DNA of 31,923 nt from Macrostomum lignano (lineage: Eukaryota), in assembly GCA_002269645.1 (NCBI GenBank), contig NIVC01002118.1, positions 1 through 31,923 of the forward strand, read 5' to 3'. Positions within the stretch are counted from its first letter, which is position 1, and every line of letters begins with the position of its first letter. The position numbers and the translations under genes are program-made. Positions 31,860-31,923 of this stretch are shown piece by piece. The notes beneath the pieces are model-generated. The model was not told where the DNA came from. It made no database searches and saw only the letters and a program-made list of their open reading frames with translations.

Positions 31860-31923
31860 CAGAGAGCAGAGGCGACATATGGGATGATGGAAAATATACA
31901 AGATAAGAGGAGAGAGAAGAGGG

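Noticed and set aside
27681-31901. Very long ORFs (1406, 1395, 768 and 372 aa) on both strands
   Set aside because: Translations of the 36-bp satellite. A 3n unit that lacks a stop in a frame is common by chance, several frames are open at once, and there are no flanking coding exons. Only expression data could revive it as a repetitive protein.

Overview
Eukaryotic (animal) genomic DNA, not prokaryotic. GC-rich exons, AT-rich introns and introns filled with minisatellites suggest a free-living flatworm such as Macrostomum; this is inference only. Three protein-coding genes are present. (1) A multi-exon CCDC180-like ciliary coiled-coil gene on the minus strand, from 14632 running off the left edge. 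(2) A two-exon alpha-arrestin (ARRDC-like) gene on the plus strand (5035-6957), nested antisense in a CCDC180 intron. (3) A complete V-ATPase V0 subunit a gene on the plus strand (16871-25588), head-to-head with CCDC180. Most large introns carry their own minisatellite family, there are three copies of a tRNA-derived CORE-type SINE, and the window ends in a ~4 kb, almost perfectly homogeneous 36-bp satellite. The most notable observations are a candidate mutually exclusive exon pair in the V-ATPase a variable linker, a minisatellite born from the 5' end of a SINE, RFX X-boxes inside the V-ATPase introns, and apparent 1-nt deletions in G/C runs in both large genes (probably assembly errors). 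All long repetitive ORFs in the ORF track are artefacts of tandem repeats. I did not find evidence for a wholly new biological system.
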